A stretch of DNA of 64,000 bases from Caecitellus pseudoparvulus (lineage: Eukaryota; Protista; Bigyra: Bicosoecida). Every line of letters begins with the position of its first letter. Within the stretch, counting starts at the first letter, position 1. The notes under the pieces are model-generated. The model saw only the letters and a program-made list of their open reading frames with translations. It did not search any database and was not told the DNA's origin. The translations under genes and the position numbers were made by a program. The stretch is from positions 310,001 through 374,000 of the forward strand of contig CBFFRQ010000018.1 in assembly GCA_965644315.1 (NCBI GenBank). The letters run 5' to 3'. Shown in pieces: positions 12,184 to 21,809 of the stretch.

Positions 12184-13152
12184 CTACCTCGCGTTATTGG
12201 CGTGCTCAGGTGCCGAAGCTGCAGCCTTTGCGGCAGCCTTGGCATAGCTGGCAGGAGCCCACCCCCCCAATCGTTGCTGGTCTGCCTCTGGGGCTCGCCC
12301 GCTGCTCGAGTCCAGGGGAATGTCGTGCACAGCAAGGGCCTCCAGCCTGTGCAGCTCCTGCTCAATGCGCGCAGTGATGGCTTTGTACAGCTCCTTCTCA
12401 GACTCATCTGAGCCGCGGTTTCCATCTGGGCGATGCACTTCCATAAGGTCATGGAAGTGCATGGGCGGCCCACACCGGATGCTGACGTGGTTCCCGGGCT
12501 GCACCGGGTTGTAGCCCCCTACGCCCATGATCTGCTCCATGCCTCGGTGGTAGATGGGTACCACCAGCGGCTGTGTTCTAGAGTCAGCAATGAGGCGCCC
12601 GACTCCCGGTCGAAGCGGCAGCATGGAGCCGTCGCGAGTACGCCGGCCTTCAGGGAAAACGTGCAGCCACTCGCCTTCATTCAGCAAGTCCACGGCATCG
12701 TCCATGAAGGCTTGCCACAGGCCCTTGCCCCGTTGGATGGGAATGGTCTTGCCATAGGACAACAATGGGCCAGTGATGGGGTGCTTGTAACACCGGTCCG
12801 TGGCGCACATGGTCCAGCGCACTCTCTCTGGCTCAAGAGCCGTGGTGCGCCAGCTGGTCAAGGCAGCTGGGAGGCCAGGGTCGTCCACTGCGCTCACATG
12901 GTTGCTGACAGTAATGAGCCCAACACCTGCCTCCCGGTTGTACATGGCCTCTGTCGCATGGTGGGCATCGTAGTAGTGGGTCGTGTTGATCACGTTGATG
13001 ATCCACTTCGCGAAGACACCCAGGGAGCCAGTCACCAGCATGGCCTTGAAGCGCTCGACACCTTCCAGAGGCACTTTCAGCTTCTTGAAGTAGTACCGCA
13101 CTTGTTCGTTCGAGGAATCTGATCCATGTTGCGGACCCTCTCTTGATGCCAT
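12184..13152 (-). CDS. TAZ: Tafazzin (cardiolipin transacylase)
   Basis: LITVSNHVSAVDDP (HxxxxD), RWTMCATDRCY, WLHVFPEG, GVGRLI, VVPIYHRGM. Intronless, 322 aa. Confidence 0.92.
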   Translation of the reverse strand: MASREGPQHGSDSSNEQVRYYFKKLKVPLEGVERFKAMLVTGSLGVFAKWIINVINTTHYYDAHHATEAMYNREAGVGLITVSNHVSAVDDPGLPAALTSWRTTALEPERVRWTMCATDRCYKHPITGPLLSYGKTIPIQRGKGLWQAFMDDAVDLLNEGEWLHVFPEGRRTRDGSMLPLRPGVGRLIADSRTQPLVVPIYHRGMEQIMGVGGYNPVQPGNHVSIRCGPPMHFHDLMEVHRPDGNRGSDESEKELYKAITARIEQELHRLEALAVHDIPLDSSSGRAPEADQQRLGGWAPASYAKAAAKAAASAPEHANNAR

Positions 13153-13431
13153 GCTGCACCCCTTGTGGCTGCCAGGTGAAGTGCAGTGCGGGATTACTGC
13201 GCCGCCAGTCTGCGCTTACCCGCCAAGGTGGGGGTGGGGCCTTTTCGCTGGAGAACACGCACCAGACTCACGGAAGTGGGACATTTAGTCCCAACTGAAC
13301 ATTTTATTCGTTCCCGAGTGCCACCGCTGCTTTCCAGTGCATCAAAGTGCGCCACCCGTGTGACCAGCTCCAAACGTCTTGTCACGCCAGGCTGCCGTGG
13401 GAGGTGTCACCCTTTCCTACCCGCACTCACC

Positions 13432-15347
13432 ATGGCTGAAGGCGAGCTCTCCAAGGCTTACATGCAGGCTGTGCCACACATTCATAGCTACGAGCACTTG
13501 AACGCGAGTGGATGGAGTCTCCTGTCGCCTGCGTCGAAGGGCACACAAGATGTCGCAACCACTGGCGCAAAATCCGCACCCACCTCCCCTCCAACGCCAG
13601 CTGCCGCTGCCGCTGAGCAACCGCAGAAGGGAGGGGCCGAAGGGCTGAAAGGCCATAGTAGCGTGACACCTGCTTTGCCACCTGCAGCTGAGTTGCCTGC
13701 CGCAGCTGCCGTGAGTGGAGCTTGGCGAGGCGGGGTTGGCAACACGCGTCCTTCACCGCCACCTGCCCTGTCCTGTCACCGCAGAAAGCTGACATTTCTC
13801 AGGACTTTGTGCCACGCGAGCAGCTACGTGTCGTTGAAGCCGAACGAGATGCCGCACTGGCTCAGGCCCAACAGAGCGAGTCTACCCTGACCATTGCCAA
13901 TGAAGCGCTGGAGCAGTACAGGACGCAACTGAAGGAGCTCTCGGCATCCACCCAGCGGTCAGTGGCAAGCATCGAAGCTCTGCAAGCAGAGAAGGCCCAG
14001 CTGCAGGCCCAGCTGCAGGCCTCACAGCAGCAGGCGGCGGTGCCTGGTGCCGGCCACGGACAGGCGGCAGACAGCGGAGAGACGGTGGAAGAGCTGCAGA
14101 AGAGGCTGGACGCGATGAGGCGCAAGTTCATGCATGCCGAGCAGGAAGTGGATGATCTCTCTCAAGAAGTTGAGAAGGGCAGGCAGGCAGTCCTGAAGGA
14201 AGCCGGGCTTGTGGCGCAGGTGGCGCAGCTGACGGCAGACTTGAAGCGCAAGACGACGCAGGTGGAAGTCTTGGAGGAGGAGCTGGTTGACGTGGAGGAC
14301 TTGAAGCAGCAGATTAAGGACCTGCAAGCTGAGCTGGTGGAGACGCGCCAAGATCAAAGGGAATCCGCTGGTTCGGCTGAACGAGTTGCAGAGCTGGAGG
14401 ACCAGCTGGAGCAGGCTCAGGCTGCCATGGGCCAGCAACGCGAGGCCCACTACGAGGCCCTCGGCGAGCTGCAAAGTGAGGTGCAGTCTGCACTTGGAAG
14501 CCTCGCGGAAGCCAAAGAGGCAGCTGAGAAGGCGACCGCTGAGAAGGACGCTGCAGAGAAGGCTGGAGCTGCAGAGCTGGCAGCGGCCAAGGCGGACATT
14601 GAGCGGCTGGCAGGAGAGAAGGACGCTGCGGAGAAGGCTGGAGCTGCAGAGCTGGCAGCGGCCAAGGCGGACATTGAGCGGCTGGCAGGAGAGAAGGACG
14701 CAGCGGAGAAGGCTGGAGCTGCAGAGCTGGCAGCGGCCAAGGCGGACATTGAGCGGCTAAACTTGCACGCCCGATCAGCAGCCAAGGAAGTCGCCTCTCT
14801 GAGAGCACAAGTTCAGGCGGCGCAGCAAAACGCGCAGTCTGCTCCTGCTGCCCTGCAAGCTCGAGTTGAAGCCGCGGAGAAAGGCCAGGCGGAAGCTCGC
14901 GAGGAAGCTGCCAAGGCAACTGCAGCTGCGAAGGCTTCCCGCAAGCAAGAGGAGCAGGCCCGCCAACGGGCAGATGCCACTGAGAAGCGTTTGAAGACCG
15001 TCCAGTCAGAGCTGGCGGTGTCTGAGCGGTCCTTGGCAACGATCCAGTCGAACCATGCTTCAAGAGTCGCTGCCATGAGGCAGAGCACGGCAGACTGCGC
15101 AGAGCTCCAAAAGAAGCTTGAGGAACACAAAGGCAAGCTGCGCGCAGCAGAGCTGGCCATCAAGCGGGCAGGAGAAGCAGGGAGCCCCGCTAAGGCAGCA
15201 CCTCCCGCGAAGGCGGCCGCCGTTGTGGCTCCAACCTCTCCGCCTTCCCCTGAGGGCCTTTCTGTTGCCAGCATGGCGCTCGCGTTCTTGGTGGTCGTGC
15301 TGGCCGCATATGTTGCCTACTTGCACCAAGTGTGCAGCTCCGAGTAA
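13432..15347 (+). CDS. Long coiled-coil protein with C-terminal transmembrane anchor (golgin-like topology)
   Basis: The body is E/K/A/Q-rich with heptad character. It ends with MALAFLVVVLAAYVAYL followed by 7 residues. Intron 13711-13784. Confidence 0.75.
14541..14759 (+). repeat. 75-bp coding tandem repeat x3 (EKDAAEKAGAAELAAAKADIERLAG)
   Basis: Near-identical units starting gagaaggacg at 14541, 14616 and 14691. Confidence 0.95.
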
Positions 15348-15352
15348 GCATG

Positions 15353-15364
15353 CCAATGCATTGG
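15353..15364. promoter_or_regulatory. CCAATGCATTGG palindrome, candidate bidirectional 3'-end element
   Basis: Lies in the 26-nt gap between convergent stops 15347 and 15374. Confidence 0.5.
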
Positions 15365-15373
15365 AGTGCCTTC

Positions 15374-16498
15374 TCAAGGCATGCTGATGAGGTGCCTGCA
15401 GTCCTCAGGCACAGCATCGAGCAACCCCTTGTTCTTCAGCCAAGACTCAGAGAACAGGCGTGACGCGTAGCGATCGGCGCCATCGCACAGCATTGTGACC
15501 ACCCGAGCTCCGGGGGGAAGATCCGCTGCAACCTTCGTCGCTGCCACCACGTTCAAGCACGTGGAGGCGCCAAGAAACAGCCCCTCATCTTTCAAGAGAC
15601 GGAAGACCATGGCGATGGTGGATGCGTCGTCCACTTGCACCGTGCTGTCCACTGGGGCGCCCTCCATGTTGGCTGTGACACGCCCCTGCCCGATGCCTTC
15701 TGTAATGGACGAGCCCACACGCTCCAGGCGCCCCTCACTGAACCAGGAGTGCAAGACAGATCCGGGGGGATCAGCTAGCACTGTTTGAACGGAAGGGTCC
15801 TGTTGCTTCAAGAAGGAGGCGACCCCTGCGAAGGTGCCCCCCGTTCCCGATGCACACGTGAATGCAGCCAGCTGCCCTTCGGCTTGCGCCCAGATCTCCG
15901 GCCCTGTCGTCTGAAAGTGAGCATCGCGGTTGGCTGTGTTGTCGAACTGGTTGGTCCACACAGCACCCTCCGTTTCTTGCGCGAAGGCCTGTGCTTGGTG
16001 GTTGTAATTCGCCGGGTCATCAAACGGCACCGCTGGCACCGGGCGGACTTCCGCTCCCAGCATGCGCAGGAGAGACACTTTTTCTTGACTTTGGGTGTCA
16101 GGCATGTAAATGACACATCGGTAACCTCGGGCTGCGCAGCAGTGAGCCAGCCCAATGCCTGTGTTGCCGGCAGTCCCCTCGACCACTGTGCCGCCAGGTT
16201 TCAGCTGACCGCTGTGCTCCGCAGCAGTGAGCAGGCCGAGGGCAGCCCTGTCTTTCACGCTGCCACCTGGATTCATGAACTCTGCTTTCCCATAGATATT
16301 TCTGCCTGTCGCATCGCTGACGGACTTTAGGTGGATGAGCGGTGTGTTGCCCACGGCCCCCAAGAAGCCTTCCACAGCAGGCGCCACCTGAGCCACCCGC
16401 ACCCCACCTCCGCTGTCGCTTACAAACCGCTGAGCATGTCGCCCCCACGACCGACGTGCTGCTGAGCTCGCTAATGTCGCTGCCTTGCTGCTTAGCAT
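15374..16498 (-). CDS. Cysteine synthase (O-acetylserine sulfhydrylase family), probable mitochondrial presequence
   Basis: GNTPLI, KAEFMNPGGSVKDRAA (PLP lysine), EGTAGNTGIGL, NQFDN, GTGGT, EGIG. The N-terminus is rich in R, S and A (MLSSKAATLASSAARRSWGR). Confidence 0.93.
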   Translation of the reverse strand: MLSSKAATLASSAARRSWGRHAQRFVSDSGGGVRVAQVAPAVEGFLGAVGNTPLIHLKSVSDATGRNIYGKAEFMNPGGSVKDRAALGLLTAAEHSGQLKPGGTVVEGTAGNTGIGLAHCCAARGYRCVIYMPDTQSQEKVSLLRMLGAEVRPVPAVPFDDPANYNHQAQAFAQETEGAVWTNQFDNTANRDAHFQTTGPEIWAQAEGQLAAFTCASGTGGTFAGVASFLKQQDPSVQTVLADPPGSVLHSWFSEGRLERVGSSITEGIGQGRVTANMEGAPVDSTVQVDDASTIAMVFRLLKDEGLFLGASTCLNVVAATKVAADLPPGARVVTMLCDGADRYASRLFSESWLKNKGLLDAVPEDCRHLISMP

Positions 16499-17172
16499 AG
16501 TACACAACCACCGCAAGCAGCGCTCCTGACTCTACCAGTGCTCACACGCCTCGGCGTGGTGTGCGGAAGTTGACGGGGTTGTGGAATTCCCCGCTCGAAA
16601 CTAAACGTCAGTGTGCGAGCTGGAAGCAAACGGCGACAGAAAGCTGCGAGTGAAGCACATGTGCAAGGTTTGATTTTTCCTATCGGCTGACTCCAGGCTT
16701 CTGCATGCATGGGGCCCCAGTGCTGAGCCGAGGCCAAGGTGCTCCTGCTGCATGTCAGGGGCACTTCTGGCAGAGCCGGCATTCTGTTTCAGCGCACCAG
16801 ATCTGCATCACAAGGCGCCTGGACGTCTACCCCGGTCGAAAGAGCCCCAAGGTTTGGCTTTCCTGCGCCCAGATCCCGCCATTTGCATCGTTTTCGTAGG
16901 CAACGCAGCGTTGCGAAGCGGTACACAGCACTTCAACACCCAAATTGGGAAGTACTACATGCTTTGCGAAGCTAACACTCTGTTCACGAGGACCAGAGTT
17001 GCCTAAGGCGGCGAGGGTGTGCAGCGCCGCATCCCTTCTTGCGTTGCGCCTCAAACATTGCCTGCTTTGACGGAGAGGTACCTCTGATTCTGCAGCACAC
17101 GTAGAGTCCTAACAACCCAGCCTGCCAAACTCTAGCACCTATTCGAGCTCCTTATCTGCTTCGCGCTTCCGT

Positions 17173-19122
17173 ATGGCACTTGCACGAGCACCATCATGCC
17201 AGACACTGCTGCTACTGCTCTGCGGATTTTGCACCTATTCCACATGTAGTCACACAGCTGCTCCCCCCCCAGGGCCTCCGGGCGCTAGACTAGGCACACA
17301 CCCCTCACCACTACTCGAGCAGGCCAAGAAAGTGCCAGCCAAGGCCCAGCATTCGCGCCAGGAGCACGTGGCTGCGTTCTCGGCTTGGCTTGCCAGCCAT
17401 GGCGCAGCCACGGATGCCGTACAGTTTACCTGGGTGGGGGAAGCTGGGCTCGGGGCGCTGGCTGCACGCGCCCTTTCTCCCGAGCAGCGTGCTATCGTTG
17501 TACCGGATCACCTCAGCATCTCACCGGCCACTATTCAGGCGAGCTCCGTCTTTCCACCTGATGTCGTGGCCGTCGCCATGAACGGGTTGCCGGCAAGGCT
17601 GGCAGAGGTCGCGTTGCTCTCTGCGTGGCTCGCACATGAAGCAGCGATGCAGGAGACGTCAGCCTTTGACCCATACTTTGACGTGCTCCCACACAGCTTG
17701 AGTTCGTTTCCTGCTCACTTTTCTGAGCCCCTCGCCGCGGTTCTGGCGGCGTCTCCAGCATCTGACATTCTGGTGCAGCAAGAACTGCAGCGCCAGCAAA
17801 GCGTGCAGCGTCAAGTAGAGGCCGCACTCCAGCTGCTGCACGGGCCAAGGAGTGCAGTTCGCCGATTCCCTGCAGGGTCGCCCTTGGCTCATGTTGCAAA
17901 GTGGGCTGTGAGCATCGTCGTGTCCCGAGCCCTTCCCTTCCCCGTCAGCGCGTCAGGAACGGAGCACAGCCTCACCCTCGTCCCTGGGATCGACTGCTTT
18001 AATGACGCACACCCCCACCTTGCCCATCAAACAGCGGTGCTTCTGCAGCGGTCCGGCGCTGGGATCGTTCGCTCAGGCTTCAGTTTAAAGGTCAAGCAGG
18101 CAACGCGGCCGGGTGAGGAGGTTCGCATGGCATACTTTTCCCACAACAGACGAAGGTGTGCGGCTGAGACTCTCGCAGTGTATGGATTCACCTCACCTCT
18201 ACAAGTCGATGACTGTGCTGTGGTGTTGTTCGACATGACACATGCACTGACACACGACAGCGTGCCTCCCCCGTTGCGCTTGGCAAGGCGGGCAAAACTT
18301 GTGGAGCAAGGCTTCTCAGTGCTAATTCCCAGCCTCAAGTCCGAAAGGCCATCGAATGTCTCCTTGACAGTTGTGTTAGAGAACAATGTGACTGTCCCAG
18401 GGCACGTCCTTCAGTTCTTGCGGCTATCCCAGGCGGACTTAGCGGACCTGGAGCCTGACACGTTCGATACCCGTGTCTTCGAGTTGGTGGCTGGGCTGCG
18501 CAGCAGAAGTGCGGAACACGAGGACTCCCTGTTCAGACTGGGAGGAGGGCCCGTGCTGGACAATGGGATCGTTGCACACTTCGCTTCGGAGGACTCGGCC
18601 GTTAGCGGCGTGGTTGCGTCTGCGAGTGCAGCAGATGGAGGATTGCGGCCCTGCCAAACTGGCCCTGCTGGATGCTCGTCCCAGCAGCACGATCCATCGG
18701 TGGCTACCATACACCATCAGCTGCACAAGGTCCTGAACACAACTTTGTCGCGGAAGGGATGGTCCGCAGTCCCAGTGTCTAACGCGTCAGGGTCAGGGAT
18801 GCTCTCCTGGCAGAACGAGCTTCGAGCCCTGCGGGCTTTCCTGCGCGCTCTTGTGACTTCTGAGCGGAGCCTGCTGGCACGGTTGAAGGCTCTGGTCGAG
18901 GCAGGTGTTACTACCCCTCAGCCTGATGCATGGAGCACGGCGGAAGCCCATGTCATGCGGGTTCACGAGGGAGTTGTGCGGACATTGCGGTGGCATGCTG
19001 CGCAAGCTGAGCAAATGTGGCTTCGACAATTGTATTCGCCAGAGCTGCACATTGAGCCAGGCCACAAAATCCGCCAAGGGCGCGCGGCTCATGGGGGAAT
19101 GTCAGGACTGCTACAAGGATAA
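17173..19122 (+). CDS. SET-domain protein, Rubisco LSMT/SETD3-like, with predicted signal peptide
   Basis: FSAWLASHG, GLGALAAR, FDPYFDVLP, WAVSIVVSRA, LVPGIDCFND, GEEVRMAY, LAVYGF. Hydrophobic N-terminus (LLLLLCGFC). Confidence 0.8.
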   Translation: MALARAPSCQTLLLLLCGFCTYSTCSHTAAPPPGPPGARLGTHPSPLLEQAKKVPAKAQHSRQEHVAAFSAWLASHGAATDAVQFTWVGEAGLGALAARALSPEQRAIVVPDHLSISPATIQASSVFPPDVVAVAMNGLPARLAEVALLSAWLAHEAAMQETSAFDPYFDVLPHSLSSFPAHFSEPLAAVLAASPASDILVQQELQRQQSVQRQVEAALQLLHGPRSAVRRFPAGSPLAHVAKWAVSIVVSRALPFPVSASGTEHSLTLVPGIDCFNDAHPHLAHQTAVLLQRSGAGIVRSGFSLKVKQATRPGEEVRMAYFSHNRRRCAAETLAVYGFTSPLQVDDCAVVLFDMTHALTHDSVPPPLRLARRAKLVEQGFSVLIPSLKSERPSNVSLTVVLENNVTVPGHVLQFLRLSQADLADLEPDTFDTRVFELVAGLRSRSAEHEDSLFRLGGGPVLDNGIVAHFASEDSAVSGVVASASAADGGLRPCQTGPAGCSSQQHDPSVATIHHQLHKVLNTTLSRKGWSAVPVSNASGSGMLSWQNELRALRAFLRALVTSERSLLARLKALVEAGVTTPQPDAWSTAEAHVMRVHEGVVRTLRWHAAQAEQMWLRQLYSPELHIEPGHKIRQGRAAHGGMSGLLQG

Positions 19123-19135
19123 TGCCCGTCTCCAA

Positions 19136-20437
19136 TCAGGGTGCCACGGGAATGTCTGACGCCCACTCCAACTCCTTCCCGTACTCAGGCACCACTGCCT
19201 CCATCATCATGCCAAAGAACAGCTCTGGGGTGAGCTTCTCCTCCACTGAATGCTGGGTTTGGTGCTGGTCACTTTGACTCGTCGGGATCGGAATGTGCGA
19301 CGGTGACGGGGAGGGAGGCGCGGCTGCTGGAGGAGGTGGCTGTGCGAGGGGCGCCTTGCACAGCGCAGGCACACACACTTTGGCCACGTAGGTGCAGAGG
19401 GACGGCTCTTGAATGGAGTCAAATGCAGGGGCTTTATTCTGGCTCTTTCCAGGGCAGCACTGCAAGCGCACCTCCGTGGAGCGGTGCTTATTGTTCTCGT
19501 CACACGGCTGCCCGCCTTCGTAGAACTGGCTCACGAAGTACAGCGGGTCGCGACTCCGTAGAGCCGCATTGTGCTCTGTGCTCTTGTACTGCCCCAGAGA
19601 CCAGTCTGTCTCGACCTGGGAGCCCTCTCCCACATGAATCTGGCGCACGTGCTGCTTGTAGCAGTACCGGTACGTCCACCAGCCAGTTGGTAGATCCAAG
19701 CAAGTCTGGCGGAGCGACACAAGCAGCCGCCGGGCAGTCTTTTCACTGAAGTCTTGAGCAAACTGAGCAAGGGCAGGCTGTTTGGTTGCCGTCGCAGCTG
19801 CTGCAGGTTGTCCGGCACCAGGCGTCGCAGACGCTGTCGGAGTTGCAGCTGCAGATGTCGGTTGCTTTCCGTGACTGGAAGCCGCGCGGTACGCCCAGCC
19901 AACGTGACTACCACACCGCCGGCATTTGACAGGCGTCTGAGCATACTTCGGGAAGAGGGAAGCTGCTGGTGGGTCTGGCGCTGCCATGACCAATGTGGGG
20001 GAGGCATGGCTGCTGTCTTTGAAGAGGCCCAGCGTGGAGTGGCCGGAATGCGGGCTGCTGAACGCAAACCTGTACTGCAGGAATGGATCCGCGCTCATGA
20101 ACATAAGGGCATCTACATCAGGGCTCGGGGAACCGTCCCACTCCAGCACTTCTCGCAGTGTGAACAGCGCTTTGCCACACTGTTTGCAGAGGAAGTTCAT
20201 GTCGGGGTCCAGCTCCACAGGAAGCGTGCCGCTTTTCGAAGCCGCTGAAATGGCGCCGGCTATGTTGGCAGGAGAGGAATCTGGAGTAATTCCCGCTGCA
20301 TCTAGCACCTGCTTCGTCGCACGTTTGAGGCCATCCTCGCCATGCTCACCGCTTGCGTGTGCGGAAGCGATGGTGGGTGAAACGCCGACGAAACAGGCGC
20401 AAGCCAGCACGGCTGCCACCTGGAACCAGCGCAGCAT
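19136..20437 (-). CDS. Secretory-pathway protein: CULT/Yippee-like zinc domain plus MRH (OS-9/PRKCSH-type) lectin domain
   Basis: Signal peptide, then CKQC...FPKYAQTPVKCRRCGSHVGWAY (CULT-like). GWWTYRYCYKQHVRQIH..YEGGQPCD..RSTEVRLQC..EPSLCTY is MRH-like. Confidence 0.85.
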   Translation of the reverse strand: MLRWFQVAAVLACACFVGVSPTIASAHASGEHGEDGLKRATKQVLDAAGITPDSSPANIAGAISAASKSGTLPVELDPDMNFLCKQCGKALFTLREVLEWDGSPSPDVDALMFMSADPFLQYRFAFSSPHSGHSTLGLFKDSSHASPTLVMAAPDPPAASLFPKYAQTPVKCRRCGSHVGWAYRAASSHGKQPTSAAATPTASATPGAGQPAAAATATKQPALAQFAQDFSEKTARRLLVSLRQTCLDLPTGWWTYRYCYKQHVRQIHVGEGSQVETDWSLGQYKSTEHNAALRSRDPLYFVSQFYEGGQPCDENNKHRSTEVRLQCCPGKSQNKAPAFDSIQEPSLCTYVAKVCVPALCKAPLAQPPPPAAAPPSPSPSHIPIPTSQSDQHQTQHSVEEKLTPELFFGMMMEAVVPEYGKELEWASDIPVAP

Positions 20438-20865
20438 GGCTCAACGATACAAGCGCCCAGAGAAAAGAAATGGTGCCACAATGGTAGCAGTTGCTGGGGC
20501 TGCGGGTTTCTAGAAGACCCAGCTCTAGGTGGGCACTTGGTGCCAACTGGCCTGCACACACACGTCAGCTGAGCACACCAGGCGCGTGGGCACTGTCCCT
20601 GACAGGTGTGGTTGGATGATAAGCACTTGCATATTCTGACACTGCCCGGATGGAGTGCACAGAGGAATTGCCCAAGCTGGTGACTTGCGCGAGGAAGTGC
20701 TGGGCAAGCGTGCCAGCACACCCCCCACGAACCTACCATGGTCAAGCAACATCAAAATAAACGTCAATACTCACACCGCAACCCGAAGCTGCTTGTGTGA
20801 CCGTGGTCCAGTGCGCCTCCCACGTTCTGCTCCCGCGGCGCCGCTCATCAGTTGCGGAAGTCGAC

Positions 20866-21808
20866 ATGGCAGGCAGCTCTGAGAAGCTGTCGGTGTACTT
20901 GCACCGTGCGAAGGGCGGCGGGGAGCTGGCAGCCCGGGCCGTGGAAGGGGCCATTGATGACGCTGACGTGTATGTGTTCGGGGAGCTGCTGGATGCGGAG
21001 CCAGTGCGCGCGGTGAGTGGAGTTGGTTGTTTGGCGTGTTGGCTTGGTGTCACGGCACGTTGCCTGCTCCGCAGCTTGAGGCGTCAGAACATGGGGGTGT
21101 GTGGAAGCTCCTGGCGCTGATGGCCTACGGGACGTATGCCGAGTACAAGGCAGACACTGCTGCTTTTCCGGGAATGACGCCTGGGCGGCTGGAGAAGCTC
21201 AAGCAGCTGTCCCTGGTGTCCCTTGCGGAGAGCACTCGGTGCTTGGAGTACGCAGAGGTCTGCGAGGCGTTGGACCTGGCATCGGACGAGGAGCTGGAGA
21301 GCTTGGTTGTGTCCTGCATTTACTCTGGGCTCATCGCGGCTTCGCTGGACCAGCGGGCGCGGCAGGTGGAGGTACAGGTTCGTGGTCTGCCAGCGCCAGG
21401 CAGCGGCTTTACTCGGGGCCACCCCTCACCCTTTCCATTCCCGCACAGCGAACAATGGGGCGTGACATGCGCACAGACCAACTGGATGGCCTGCTTGAGA
21501 AGCTCGATGCGTGGTGCGACGCATCGGACAGGATGATGCTGCAGCTGCAGCAGCAGGGCGTGGCAGCTCAAGGCATCGTCGCCCACAGTGCAGCCGAGCA
21601 GGTGGCACACTCCGAGCACGCCTCAGCGAGGTGTGCAGCGGTGAGCAAAGACATCCAGAGTGGCGCCTTCAAGCAGAGGCAACAGGAGCTTGCTCGCGAT
21701 ACGTACGGGGGGGGAGACATGGTGGGGGACATGGGCGTGGCTGCGGGCATTCCCCGCGGCTCCTCGGGTCCACAGAGCTTCCTTGGGGGGTTCCTGGGCA
21801 TGCGGTGA
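20866..21808 (+). CDS. CSN7: COP9 signalosome subunit 7 (PCI domain)
   Basis: YVFGELLD, LLALMAYGTYAEY, KLKQLSLVSLA, ELESLVVSCIYSGLI..LDQR, GRD. Introns 21013-21074 and 21378-21448. Confidence 0.9.
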
Positions 21809-21809
21809 A

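Noticed and set aside
16520-17170. Small gene between cysteine synthase and the SET protein
   Set aside because: Only short ORFs without motifs occur here, and I could not build a convincing spliced model.
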